Part shown: one piece after another, positions 50,420-63,157 of the stretch
Layout: every line of letters starts with the position of its first letter
How positions within the stretch are numbered: the first letter of the stretch is position 1
Source of the DNA: Laetmonice hystrix
Lineage: Eukaryota
Direction of reading: 5' to 3'
Length of the DNA stretch: 64,000 nt
Assembly: GCA_965235115.1 (NCBI GenBank)
Contig: OZ249436.1
Location: forward strand, 31,064,001-31,128,000
Translations under genes and position numbers: made by a program
Notes under the pieces: generated by a model
What the model was told of the DNA's origin: nothing
Database searches by the model: none
Seen by the model: the letters and a program-made list of their open reading frames with translations, nothing else

Positions 50420-50582
50420 CTCACTGTTCCTTTTATGGTCTGCCCCTCGCCTTTAGCTTCTGTGAATTCTTCCTTGATAATGTTACTGCTTGTATACTGG
50501 CGTCAGTTGCTACTGGAACAATGCGCTGGCAATTCGTGCAGTAAAGATCTTTGGCGTCATCGTTGGAGAATCCCCGTGTGGC

Positions 50583-52010
50583 CAGGTCTTAACTTACAAC
50601 TGGTTTAAACTGACAACATCAGTTGCCAGTTTGAATCCAGGTCTAAACTGACAAATAAGGATCATTAGTGCATTGTCAAAAATTCTCTGTAATTTCACAG
50701 TTAATTTAACTGGCAGCACAGCTGTCAGTTATATTAACTGTAATTTTACAGATATGTTAAAAGACAGATAACGCCACGTTTGTAAAATAACAAACGCAAA
50801 TTATTCATTATAACTGAAATACACTAATGTAATTTTACCGAATCCAGTTTATAAAACGCTATGTTTGTAAAATTACAGAATTACTATAAAGAATATTTCA
50901 ATATGTACTGTATTTTTACAGTAAATACTGTTAAAAAAAGATCGTCGATGATAAACGAAAAACCAAAATCTGGCTTTTAAATACATGTACGTCTGACGTG
51001 ATCGATGATTTCAGACGGGTCCATTCAAGGGAAATTCAAACGTCTGCAACCTAAGAGGCTACTCCGTATTATAATATCGACTGCTTTTACAAAGGAGTTA
51101 ATATTATGTTCTCTGGTGTCCAAAAATGGTGTTTCATGAGAAATATTAACAAATCCCACTTCATAATTAGGCCCCTGTTTGACATTCCACTCCACTTACC
51201 ATCACAAAGAGTGTATTCATATTATTGTTAATTTATGGCCACGGTTGCATTATCCGACTATGACAGGTATAGGACACTTCGGGGTATAGACAAATAAAAG
51301 GGGCAGGTGAGAGTCATCACCTGACCACTGTGCTGGTTATCCAGTAACGTCTTACGTCCTGTAAATTTACAGTTCTTTTATTGTACAGATCGAATACAGC
51401 AACAGTAGCTGTCAAACGACAGTAACATTGGCAGTAATTTCCAATAACAGGAGCATACGCTGTTCCTTTTACAGTTTTATATCTTGTGAATTTCCATTTT
51501 TTTCTAACAGTGCACACGGGTATTTTATGTATTTTATTTAAACAAAGGATCATTTTTCACGTGTTTACGTTGTAATTAGGCTGAAAATAGGCTGTAAATG
51601 ATTTTTACTGTAAAAAGTACTGTATTACTTGACAGGTAATTCTTCTGTAAAATAAGTTTACACCAGATTTAATAGTAAATTTTGTACAGTGTGCTGGAAT
51701 GATAATCACTAATTTGAACTGATTCAGGAGATGACAGCACCGAACGATAATAAATTGGTCTCTATGAAGGCACTGTAGAAATAAAGGTTTCGCTTTATGA
51801 TTTCCTCATCACTTCATTAATAATATTGTTCTTACGGGTATTCCAAGTATTTTGTTAGATGCAACACGCAAAACAACAAAATATGCACAGCCAATGTAAA
51901 AAGCAATGCAGGCTACATTCCTATCATGGCGGATCAGTTAAAATAGTGATTTGTCATTAAAGCACTAGTGACAATTATTTGTCAGTTTAGAAGTTGTCAG
52001 TTAAGACCTG
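50583..52010. mobile_element. TIR element (CAGGTCTTAACT...) with a nested CACTGT-type element at 50671-51691 (TG TSD)
   Basis: Outer ends CAGGTCTTAACTTACAACT / AGTTGTCAGTTAAGACCTG. Inner ends CATTGTCAAAAATT / AATTTTGTACAGTG are flanked by TG, and the interior is rich in TTTACAG/CTGTAA motifs. Confidence 0.55.
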
Positions 52011-52286
52011 TACAACGTGCAACCATTCAAATGACCTCTTACGTATTAGGAGACCCGATTACTCCATTAGGGTCAAAATCTACGCCACAATAAACCATGT
52101 AATGTCGCTTCTGATTGGTTGAAACGACTTCCGGTCATTCACCCCAACATTTCTGCATGGGGCGTGCTACCCCATCGTGTCGTAATAGAAAGGTCAGGTA
52201 GAAGAGACATTTCTTCAGAAACCCGAATTTTCAAATGTAAAACGTGTGTGTGCTAAAGATCAATTCTGAAACGTAGCTTTTTATTG

Positions 52287-52528
52287 TTAAAAGGGCATGC
52301 TATGAAACACGTTTTTGAGGATTTCCGGCAATTATCCAACATGACCGTGTACTAGGGATCGGCAGAGAAGCGGGCAAGGGAGCTTAAACTTCGATTTCTC
52401 ACGCAAAATGAAACTGATAAGTCTGCCTTTGTTTACTTAGCAATTTTAATGAAGGATCTCTTTATAAAAACAGCAAAAGTTCTATGAAATACCGATTTGT
52501 AACGTTTCCTCATAATATGCCCCTTTAA
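52287..52528. mobile_element. TTAA-flanked MITE (Kolobok/piggyBac-like)
   Basis: Imperfect TIRs TTAAAAGGGCATGCTATGAAAC ... GTTTCCTCATAATATGCCCCTTTAA. Confidence 0.45.
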
Positions 52529-53301
52529 CACACCCTGAGAAACTGCTTTGCTGCATGGTGTTAATTCGTGCTTGGTTGGATTTCATATAGGAACCGTTGA
52601 AAGACAAGAGATCGAGACTATAAATACAAATTTGTACCTGCAATGATGGATGTAAACGAGAACAAGTCTACCGCCTCTCTAATTACAGGAGTATGATTAA
52701 CTAGCATGTATTACACATTCATCACGTTACCTCGTGAACTCTTGCTGGTAGAATCGGAGTGTATGTACAGGCAGTCCTCACTACAGCTCGCCTGTTCTCG
52801 GATATAATATGGAGATAAGGCGTCGTAATGCAGGAACAGATCAAAGGAATGGTGATCCCCATGATGGCAATGCTCTTAAGAGGGCTATTTGAAAGTTTTG
52901 TAAAGTGCATATCTTTAGTCGTGTGTAAATGTCACAACTGCTGGTCGGTCTTAAGACATGCTTTCAATGACACTGGTTATGTGAGCCGACTGGATTTCGG
53001 AAGACGACGACATTGGTTGACTTTGACACATGATATTTCTAAAACACCCCTACATCTTAACACATCTTATTCACGTTTCATTTATTCACGATGAATGCCG
53101 AAGTCGGAATTCTTATGGCTCGTATTCTCTATAATACGGTGCGCCTCCGCTAGATTTCGGTTTAATTCCAGCGACCATCGCCTCTCGGTGCAATTATTCT
53201 ATCGGCCACCAGCACAGTCAAACAGTGCCAAGTATGTATACGTGGATTGATCCACATTGTGTGGAGTTCCTGCTTTCAAAGCAATGTAGATAGATTTGTC
53301 G

Positions 53302-56300
53302 TTAGCGAACTTGTACCCGCATACAGGTGCGAGACACGACTGCTGTGAGTATAGGCAGTAGGATGGAGGTCGCCTGGTTGGCACTACTGAGGACAAACAT
53401 CTTTGTTTCCACGGCATGGGGACAGTCTCGTCCTGTAATAGGAAAACAGTGTTCTTTGCTGTACAATAAACCATGTAATTCAGCAAGTAAACTATATTGA
53501 CATCATATATACTGTACATGTATACCTTCTTAATGATTCAAATGACAACTTGTGCGATGCATTACGGTTGGCCTACGTCTGCCCATTTTTATAGGGCCAC
53601 TGCAACAAAAACTACACGAAATTGTTTTCCGTGTCTGTGGGGTCACCGGATTTTAAACGGTGAATCACCGTTTCCTTAGCTATGGAAAAATGATCCACTT
53701 TGTTCCCCGGATACACAGTGAAAACATGATAGTGAACGTATTGTTTATGGATAGAAAAATCTGGGACCAACCTAAAGTGACAGGTAAACCGAATCTATCG
53801 ATGGAGCGGCGATCAGGAAATCTTGCACACGTACTGCTGTCCAACGAATTAACCTTACTCAATGCTCCATACACCTGCCCAGATGGTTCAGTCACATAGG
53901 CCTGCAAAGAAATCACAAATATTCCATGCCATGCCATAGCACGCATTCCTGGTTAGGGTGGGGGGGGGGGGGGGGGGGTGAGAACCAGAGAACATTGCCC
54001 TTCTTTTATGCTCTTGTGTGTCAGTTACTTCCTGCCAGATCCCCAGGTAATCCGGTTACCTAAAAAGGCCTCGTATATAACCCTGTAAAAACCCAATCCC
54101 ATGGACTGTCGCAAGGAGCCGAATGTAGTAAAACGGGGTTGTCACCGAATGGAGTTACCATCACGAAACGTACGTATCGTACCGCCTTCTCGAGCTGGTC
54201 ATAGCGTACCGACCCGACTCAACTCAAGCCATCTATAGTTTTTATGCATTCCACTGTTTCTGTTTGTCCCTAAATCTTTCAATCCATAAATAAAAACGAA
54301 AATAAAAAATGGTTTGATTGAGTCGGGTCGGCTTAACGCGAGGACTAAATATTTACATAACATTTGCACAGCTTTGGCCTTAAAAGTTATCAAAGATATC
54401 TGGCATAATCACAGGCTTTGGTGGACAATGTCATTATGCAGATATAAGATATATTTGGTAAACATGCCAAACTCTCCACGTCGTAATCATGCAGACATCA
54501 TAGATAGGCCTACAACATCTGACTTTGAGATGAGATAACATTATCTATCATGATCCCATCTGTAGATCCCCTTTGATCTCATGGATCCTTCATAATGCAA
54601 TCTGCATGCCGACAACCATGTCTTTGGTATATAGGTAGACGTAAGATCATGAGGCTTACCAAGCAGGTAAAGTTGGTGTCTCGGGAGTCGTCATTGATTA
54701 GTGCCACGTAGGTGATGCCGTCCTGGCTCACGGTGGAAAATAGACATACGAAGTTCCTGCTCCCTACGATGGCAAGCGAGAAGATTCAGGGTACAATATA
54801 CAGTTGCTGTGCTAACTCGGATCAGTTCCTCATTGTGCTAAAAATCAAGCATTGTTTTTTGGTTTATGGTTTTGGCCTATGACTTGTGCACACTTGACAG
54901 GCACGGCGGAGCAGGGGGGGGGGGCTTTAATTTAATATAATGAATACGGAAGTGAGAAAACCTATTTTAAGCTACAGTTTTATACCTAAAATAAGCCATA
55001 ATGCGTCTACTGGCGTCTTTTATCCCCAGAACTTCCGGGGCCTAGGCGGCCCCTATAGACCCTCGCCTAAGTATACTGTGGTAGTGTACCCCCCCCCCCC
55101 CCCCCAATCCGAAATTGCTTCCGCCGTGCCTCGGTAAATCCCTTTAGATTCTATCATATAGGCGGCGGAACTGGGGAGGCAGGGGTAGGGGGTTACAACC
55201 CCCCCTTGAAAAAGGGGGTGGGGTTTAATGCTTCAACCTCCCCAGTAGGCCCTAATTGCTGAAATGTCGACATTTCAGTGGGTGGTATAATTAAAATTGG
55301 TCACTCGGTCTCACTTTAATTTATCTATAACAGTCTGGCCACCAGTTTCCATTTCCGTCAGCCCAAGTGTTTTGACCAAGAATAGAAAAACTGTTTCTGC
55401 TGTTTCCTGGGTAGAAAACTGCCCCTCAGATGCCTGGATAATTCACCTCAGAGAGTCTCGTTTTTCAAGATTTTCAGGGGGAGGACGTTTTCAAAACCAA
55501 CCAATTTTATTTTTCGCCGCCCCTGTATTATAGTAGGCCTAAATACCTAAATGTTTTTCGCGTTCGTGAGCAGTAACTTTACCTTAGAACGTATGAACCG
55601 ACCTTGGACATTTAATAAGTCCGGCTTTGACAAGATATGTCTGAATCGTAGTACATTTGAAGTTGTAGCGTCCATTTCATATTGCCAGTCATGACAAGGG
55701 AGACGATGTCTGGATATATCCAACCTCCAAGTGTATCGTAATGGTGACGGGCAGGCTGTCCCCGGACGCTTGGCTGCAAAAATGATTCACGTCAAAAAGA
55801 GATAGTTTTTGGGTATTTTTTTCGGTATAAAAAGCTTGGAAAAATTACAGGTATGCCTGATTATGTAAAAGGTGAATTATTGTTCCTTCAGTATCTTATA
55901 GACTCTATATGTATGCACAAAAATTCAATACATGCCACTGCGGATGAAGGTGACGAAATCCCATGCGGGAATGTCGGGGTCAATCCAGTGCAGTCCAGCA
56001 GAATCCTCCACCATCCTGTACCGGTCACATAAATATTGCACGGTCGTCAGAATCCCTTTCTTCACGACATGCATGATATCTTCTGCCAAATATTGTGACA
56101 CAGAAATACATTAATGGGCAAGGAGCCTGTTGCAGTGCCTGAATATGAAATTACTGAAACCACAATTATTACATATATTTGACGAATTATTGTTTTAGGA
56201 GGCCTCATGTTAATTCCAACACATCGGTTTCAATGATAGCATTTTGTCTTGTATAGTATAAACTGGCATTTTAAAACATAAAATAATTCAAACTAATTCA

Positions 56301-58151
56301 AATAATTCCTATATTATATTGATGATGGGACAAAGTCAACGTCTCCTAATTTGACATTTCAGCCCCATTTCTCTATTATTTTCTTTCTGATACAGGAACA
56401 ACAGGTTTATAATACGTTGCCGTTTTCTTTATTTGAAAGTATTATGAAAGAGCTGTTTTGTTCCATCAAAGGATCGATATTGCCGGTGTTGTGTTGGGAA
56501 CGAAGCAGTAATTAAGTCAGGTGTCCATCATACAAAACAAATATTTTTGCCCCATCAGGCATATTTACTAATGGCATATATCGATCAACATCATCCCCCC
56601 CCCCCTACCAAATCCCCAAAAACTACTGATTTCCTCCGAGAATAGTATCTTCTCTGAGGAAATCAATATTTTCCACGTTGCCGATGAAAGTCTCCTGGTG
56701 CAGATCCCCGAGAGTTTCGTCGTTGAGCCAATGATTGATGTTCGCACCTGTTCCGTCCTTGCCTACTACATACTGTCGTCTGTATCTATTATCGTGTGGT
56801 ATAAAGGGCTCCTCTCATTGACCTTGCAGGAATCAACATAAGCCTAATAATTTATTATGTTTGTTTGACTTTGTCAGCGCTGCTATACACTTTCCTGGGG
56901 TAAACGTTTCTGTTTTGGGCTCTGATGATGCCAGCAAAACTGATAGGGTTTCACACTTTTCGAACTCTTACAAAGGAAATGCCCGTGGGCTAATTCTTTT
57001 TGAACTGCATGGTTTAGTAATGGAATTTATGAAACTGATAGGGTTTCACACTTTTCGAACTCTTACAAAGGAAATGCCCGTGGGCTAATTCTTTTTGAAC
57101 TGGTTTAGTAATGGAATTTATGACATCAAATGCGGCTATAACGATATTACAAAATGGCAACATATTGAGACAAGTATACCTTCCGTATACCCCTTAGGGC
57201 CTACCGTACCCATTGCCACTTTCCGGGTAGTTTTCGTGGGCCGCATGCACATTGTGGTGTGGATGTTACAGCGGGTAGATCTGCTAGTTTATAAGAAAGT
57301 CAACAGAACAAGACTGAAATATATAGATCTATACCCACGTGTATACCGTCTGATGACGACCAGGTCGTGCGTCGGATGTGTAGCTGTGAAACACATAATT
57401 AAATCGTTTTGTCCTCCAGGTGTCGCCCTGGCCACGATGACGCCATCCGGGTAGCGGCTACACGTGAAGCGGTAGCCGAGATAGATGAAGGAGGAGGCAT
57501 TGACAAGCAGAAGGTGACCATGGACAGAACCCTGCCACTGTCCCGGGTAACGGCGGCCCGGGAAACCGCACGTACCCGACACCGGCCGCGAGGAAACCGT
57601 CGGCGGCGGCGGCCTGGGCGGGCGGGAGGACACACCTATAGCGAGTGTGTGCATACGTTAGGTATTTAACGTCTGAAGTTATTTGAAATGAAATAAGACG
57701 TAGACCTCGTCTATTCCATTTGGTTCCATGCAGGTCTCTCTACTCCTGTTGGTATTCTATACTGTATAGAGCTACAAAACTGTAGGTATAGGCCTAGACT
57801 ATATAATCAAATTATCGAAAGGAATTGTGAAGAGATCCTGTCAATCACGAAGAAAGTAAAAAATATATATAAACAAATTTTAAGAAAACTATAGATCTAG
57901 ACTATCTATTAAAAAAAACGCTGTACGATTAACATGGAAATAATGTCTACAGGCCTATGTAGAAACGTAATGGTATTAATGCGGCAGTGTATAGGCCTAG
58001 CCTATATAGTCCAATGTACGGGTGCAAAACCAAAATGTAGCCGTCGCGCGAAAACAGGATGCAAAAACTTACCATAAATCGTCCCCAAACGGACATGCAA
58101 GAAAAGCAAGGTGAGCAGATAAGAGAGACGTTGACTTTTGGTCTGGTCCAT
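53302..58151 (-). CDS. Uncharacterised secreted or possibly GPI-anchored Cys-patterned protein, ~351 aa; exons 58151-58073, 57635-57339, 56082-55939, 55773-55603, 54763-54660, 53901-53772, 53432-53302
   Basis: Seven exons join in phase without stops (1056 nt). Signal-like N-terminus MDQTKSQRLSYLLTLLFLHVRLGTIYG; modules CGFPGRRYPGQW...FTC...MCF and CPSPLRYTW...FVCLF...TYVALIN...FTCL; hydrophobic tail. The exon-3 donor is weak (GT after 55939, or GC after 55936). Confidence 0.7.
56937..57123. repeat. Intronic 95-bp tandem duplication (two copies)
   Basis: AAACTGATAGGGTTTCACACTTTTCGAAC... starts at 56937 and 57032; the second copy lacks 4 nt. Confidence 0.85.
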
Positions 58152-58830
58152 GGCTGCATGGGTAGGCCTAATGTGCTCGTTTGGTCTCCGTCGCTATGCA
58201 GGTCCTCATTTCTCTCCCATGCACCGTTAGTGTAATGATTTCCCATGCATGACCGCTTATAATGTTGTAAAGGTCACAAGAGAAATAAGGAATTAGACAT
58301 AGAAGCCTCAGGCACATTCGGCGGGTACTATGACATGGAGCAAAAACTGTCAATATCTTTTGGAGCGTCTCATGCATCAGAGTTTTTCATCGCTTGTCTC
58401 ATTTCGCCACCTGTGCATGCAGTCTGCACAATACCAACTCGTCAATACAGTATAATGTTACTATTCACCTTCAAATTACACTACTAATACCACAACGCGT
58501 TCAGTACATATAGCGCGTCTCTATTTAGGTTTATGACCATGGGTTATAGACGCAAAGCTCCCTTGAGGTGCGCCACGCCTAGATATAGAAATGGTGCTTG
58601 GGGCAGACGACATGGGGCGCGTGCACGCCTGCTCCCACAGAGTTCTAAGGAACGTATCTCTCAAGCTCAACCTGGGGGCAGAGGGGGCTGCTGCCCCCAA
58701 ATATTTATACTGGTGGGGGGGGGGGGGGTCATTCTGCCCCCTATATTTGGACTTCATGCTTCTCATAAAACCTCCCAATTTGGACATTGGATGACCCCTC
58801 CCCCCTCCCAAAAAGAAAACGGAGTGTCTA

Positions 58831-61433
58831 CTGCCAACGTACTTTGGGCGGAAGACCACCAAAACGCTATTGTCAAAGTACCAATCAGAAGCTTTGTTAC
58901 ATAATTTATGACCTAGATTTTTTGGCGCCAGGACTAGGACCAGGAGGTGCCATCTTGACGAGTCCTGTTATAATGAAGCTGGGTGACACGTTTCCGATGG
59001 ACCACAGCTTTTCTGAGGCAATTGACCAGTACAAGCAGGGTCAGAATGTTGTTTATCACATATAAGCCTCAGAAACTGTGAAGACGTATCTAAACACCCA
59101 GGAAGACAAGACATACGGATCCCAGAGGGGATAAGGTTAGTTCATTTCTACATTATTTGACATAATTAACGGTAACTAAGAGCGAAGTTAAAATCATTTT
59201 GCCATGATTGTTACAGGGCTGCAACAAGGCCAGACCTTAGCTGTTACAGATGTGATTATGATATTTATGTACCGGGTACCATAAATATTATCGACCCTGT
59301 CTTAAACCCTGCAGCTTGCCGCCACAATACTTGTGCAGCCCCTTGGCAGCAAGGGGTAGGTTGTTAGGCTGCATTGTTATTGCCAAAGAACTGTGGCAGC
59401 AAGGGGCAGGGGCTTAGGCTGCATTGTTATTGCCAAGGTACTGTGGCAGCAAGGGGTAGGGGGTTAGGCTTCATTGTTATTGTCAAAGTACTGTGGCAGC
59501 AAGGGGTAGGTTGTTAGGCTGCATTGTTATTGCCAAAGAACTGTGGCAGCAAGGGGTAGGGGCTTAGGCTGCATTGTTATTGCCAAGGTACTGTGGCAGC
59601 AAGGGGCAGGGATTTAGGCAGCATTGTTATTGCCAAAGTACTGTGGCAGCAAGGGGCAGGGATTTAGGCTGCATTGTTATTGCCAAAGTACTGTGGCAGC
59701 AAGGGGTAGGGGGTTAGGCTGCATTGTTATTGCTAAGGTACTGTGGCACTGGCAGTAAGAGGTAGAGGGTTAGGCTGCATTGTTATTGCCAAGGTACTGT
59801 GGCAGCAAGAGGTAGGGGGTTAGGCTGCATTGTTATTGCCAAGGTACTGTGGCAGCAAGGGGTGGTGGGTTACGCTGCATTGTTATTGCTAAGGTACTGT
59901 GGCAGCAAGGGGTAGGGGGTTAGACTGCATTGTTATTGCCAAAGTACTGTGGCAGCAAGGGGTAGGGGGTTAGGCTGCATTGTTATTGCTAAGGTACTGT
60001 GGCACTGGCAGTAAGAGGTAGAGGGTTAGGCTGCATTGTTATTGCCAAGGTACTGTGGCAGCAAGAGGTAGGGGGTTAGGCTGCATTGTTATTGCCAAGG
60101 TACTGTGGCAGCAAGGGGTAGGAGGTAAGGCTGCATTGTTATTGCCAAGGTACTGTGGCAGCAAGGGGTAGGGGGTTAGGCTGCATTGCTATTGCCAAGG
60201 TCCTGTGGCAGCAAGGGGTAGGGGGTTAGGCTGCTTTGCGATTACCAAATTACTGTTGCCACTGGTGTCCACTTTTTCCAAGTGTTCCATATTACTATAC
60301 AGATTCAGGCCAAATTACCGCAGGCTGTTTTACTGTAACTCTCGAAGGAAGTTCTGAAAGGCTTTTTTTAAGGGTTACACAGTTTCGCATGTTAATTGGC
60401 ATCTCCAAATTATATAGGCCTACATGTATATAAGTAGGCCTACATTACCTTGACTACGTCAGCAAACTACGAGTATACCTTCTGCTTTTACACCTAAGAT
60501 TTTCTCCACACCGACAGTTGTAATTCTCTATGTGCAATGTGAAGGGTCGTTGGCAATAAAGCTCATGTTCAAAATATAGTACCACTTGACTTCCTGACTT
60601 TATTCTGTCAATAAACGTCATGTTCAGACAGCGTCACCTGACAAAGTACTTCGCCATCGAAAATGTCCCTGTGTGTCATGAAAAAGTGTGTCAAGACTAA
60701 ATCTCAGGTCCAGAGATTTCATGTTTCCAAACAAAAAGGACTTTGGCTCAGTAGGTCATGCTTAGAAATTGTAGTATAGGCTTAATCACACTTTTTCCTG
60801 TCAAAGTAGGCCTACTTTGGTATTAAAAACCGTATTGATACAGGGCGGATCCGGAATTTAGGAAGGGGCGGGGTTAAGGGAAGAATTTTCTGGGGGAGGC
60901 GAGTAGTCATGGACAATTAAGACCGTTCAATGGTGAAAAAAAGACAAAATTGGCTACGGGGGTTAACTCCCTAACCCCGGATCCGCCACTGATATAACGC
61001 GGTAATAATCTGAACGTCCCCTAACAACAGTTACTGTAGTACTTTCACACTTCAGTGTATGTGTACCCATAGAGTTTGGTAACAGCGCTTCCAGACAATG
61101 TTCTTCGTCCACATGTGCAATAAGAGTTCCTGATAAAGTTGCTGACAAAGTACTTTGATACTGAAGCCCACGGTCTTCTGCACAATCGTGTGGCTTTATA
61201 ATGTGGACACAGTACTTTGTTACATGCATCAACCCCGAGTTGACCGGAAACATGTTTCTTGCTTCCAAAGTACTTTGGCAGGATCAGGAAACAAGCAGTT
61301 TGTAAGCCAGTCGCCCATTGGTACTTTGGCAGCAATTACCCTGGCTTGTTGCTGCCAAAGTACAAATACTGTATTTTGATTGGTACTTTGGCAATAGCCT
61401 TTTGGTGGTCTTCCGCCCAAAGTACTTTGGCAG
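58831..61433. mobile_element. Decayed foldback element with ~60-bp inverted repeats, a MULE/ZSWIM3-like N-terminal coding remnant and an internal satellite
   Basis: 58831-58890 is the reverse complement of 61374-61433. ATG at 58973 gives MKLGDTFPMDHSFSEAIDQYKQGQNVVYHI*ASETVK. A CAAAGTACTTTG palindrome recurs through the element. Confidence 0.55.
59345..60234. repeat. 50-bp G-rich tandem repeat, ~17.5 copies
   Basis: Unit GGCAGCAAGGGGTAGGGGGTTAGGCTGCATTGTTATTGCCAA(A/G)GTACTGT. A variant with a 6-nt insertion recurs at 59745 and 60001. Confidence 0.95.
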
Positions 61434-61739
61434 CAGCCATTGCCAAAAGAAAATGACCAAATGCTGAACCCAGTCGTGACGTCACTCGTACAAAAATTCT
61501 GCCCCCCCCCCATTAGGCCTATTATTTTTTCCTTCATACACCTCTGCATGACCCGCACATAGTATCGGGCCCCTTCCTTTCGACAATTCAGGCTTTTACT
61601 CTAGTTTTTTTTTCGTTGTAAACTATTTTACTTACAAAACTAAATAGCTGCCTATGCATGCTCTTCAAGTAAGCGTTATATGAAGTGCGCAGTTTATTCA
61701 AGGGAGTAACGTTTTTATACCAAGTCCGGGGTTCCAGGG

Positions 61740-62059
61740 CAGGGCCGGATCCAAGGGGGGGGGCGTGGGGGGCGTACGCCCCCTATTTTTGGCAGAGTAA
61801 TGATTTTTTCGAGACTGGAATTTTACACTTGCCGGGAAAGATTTATGATTTAGTTAGCAAGAAAATGGTACTTTGCCCCCTGAAAAAAGGAACAGTTCTT
61901 TTCTCAGATGCCGGGAAAATGCATCTGACAAACATAAATTTTCCAAATTTTCTGGGGGCGGTCCGCCAGACCCCCCCCCAGGGGCTTTGCGCCTTCGGCG
62001 CTCGCAAACTTCTCCAGGGGCTACGCCCCCCCTAACTAAGAATCCCGGATCCGGCCCTG
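61740..62059. mobile_element. CAGGGCCGGATCC-ended MITE with 5-bp TSD CAGGG (hAT5-like)
   Basis: TIR CAGGGCCGGATCC / GGATCCGGCCCTG; CAGGG at 61735-61739 and 62060-62064. Confidence 0.7.
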
Positions 62060-62595
62060 CAGGGGGCGTACCATATACACACACACGTGACCGTATACGT
62101 CACAAAATTACCTCAGCGTCATACCTGCATGGGCGAAACTGTCTAAATCCAATGTTCCACTGTCAGTAGAGTAGCATGGTCACACCCTAGCCCTATAGAC
62201 TCTGATATCGCCGGAATCTCGGCGTATATCGTAATCTGACCTGCGTGGAAGGATGGCCTTCCTAAGTATAGAAATTGCTAAGTTGAACAGAACGTATAGG
62301 CCTATCCCCTTTTCGGGGTTGTACAGTTAGCAAATGACGGCTTATTTGTTTAAAGGTAGGTGTGCGTGATATTGCCTATTGCTGATAACACATTTTCACT
62401 GACATCTAAATTTCGCGCCACCACATTTTACGCAATTTGAGCAAAAATAACCGCAAATAACCCCAATCCACAGTATATTTATACAGTAAAACCTTCATGT
62501 AATGAACACTTTTGGAACTGAGAAAAACTGTGCATTATACATGGAGGTACAGGCCCGTACGCAGGATTTCTTTTTTTTTTTTGGGGGGGGGGAGC

Positions 62596-63157
62596 AAATG
62601 TGGCACCGTCCTCGCATACCCACGAAATGTGGCACGGTCCTCGCATACCCACGAAATGTGGCACCGTCCTCGCATACCCACCAAATGTGGCACGGTCCTC
62701 GCATACCCACCAAATGTGGCACCGTCCTCGCATACCCACCAAATGTGGCACCGTCCTCGCATACCCACCAAATGTGGCACCGTCCTCGCATACCCACCAA
62801 ATGTGGCACCGTCCTCGCATACCCACCAAATGTGGCACCGTTCTCGCATACCCACCAAATGTGGCACCGTCCTCGCATACCCACCAAATGTGGCACCGTC
62901 CTCGCATACCCACCAAATGTGGCACCGTCCTCGCATACCCACCAAATGTGGCACCGTCCTCGCATACCCACCAAATGTGACACCGTCCTCGCATACCCAC
63001 CAAATGTGGCACCGTCCTCACATACCCACCAAATGTGGCACCGTCCTCGCATACCCACCAAATGTGGCACCGTCCTCGCATACCCACCAAATGTGACACC
63101 GTCCTCGCATACCCACCAAATGTGGCACCGTCCTCACATACCCACCAAATGTGGCAC
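62596..63157. repeat. 29-bp minisatellite, 19 full copies plus a partial
   Basis: Unit AAATGTGGCACCGTCCTCGCATACCCACC; very homogeneous. Confidence 0.95.

Noticed and set aside
56620..56830. Coding-looking minus-strand stretch inside the secreted-protein gene
   Set aside because: I found no acceptor/donor pair compatible with the flanking phase-1 exons, and the gene reads through without it. It could be a decayed exon.
62596..63157. CRISPR-like repeat of 29 bp
   Set aside because: Units are directly adjacent with no unique spacers, there are no cas genes, and the context is eukaryotic. The same applies to the 50-bp array at 59345-60234.
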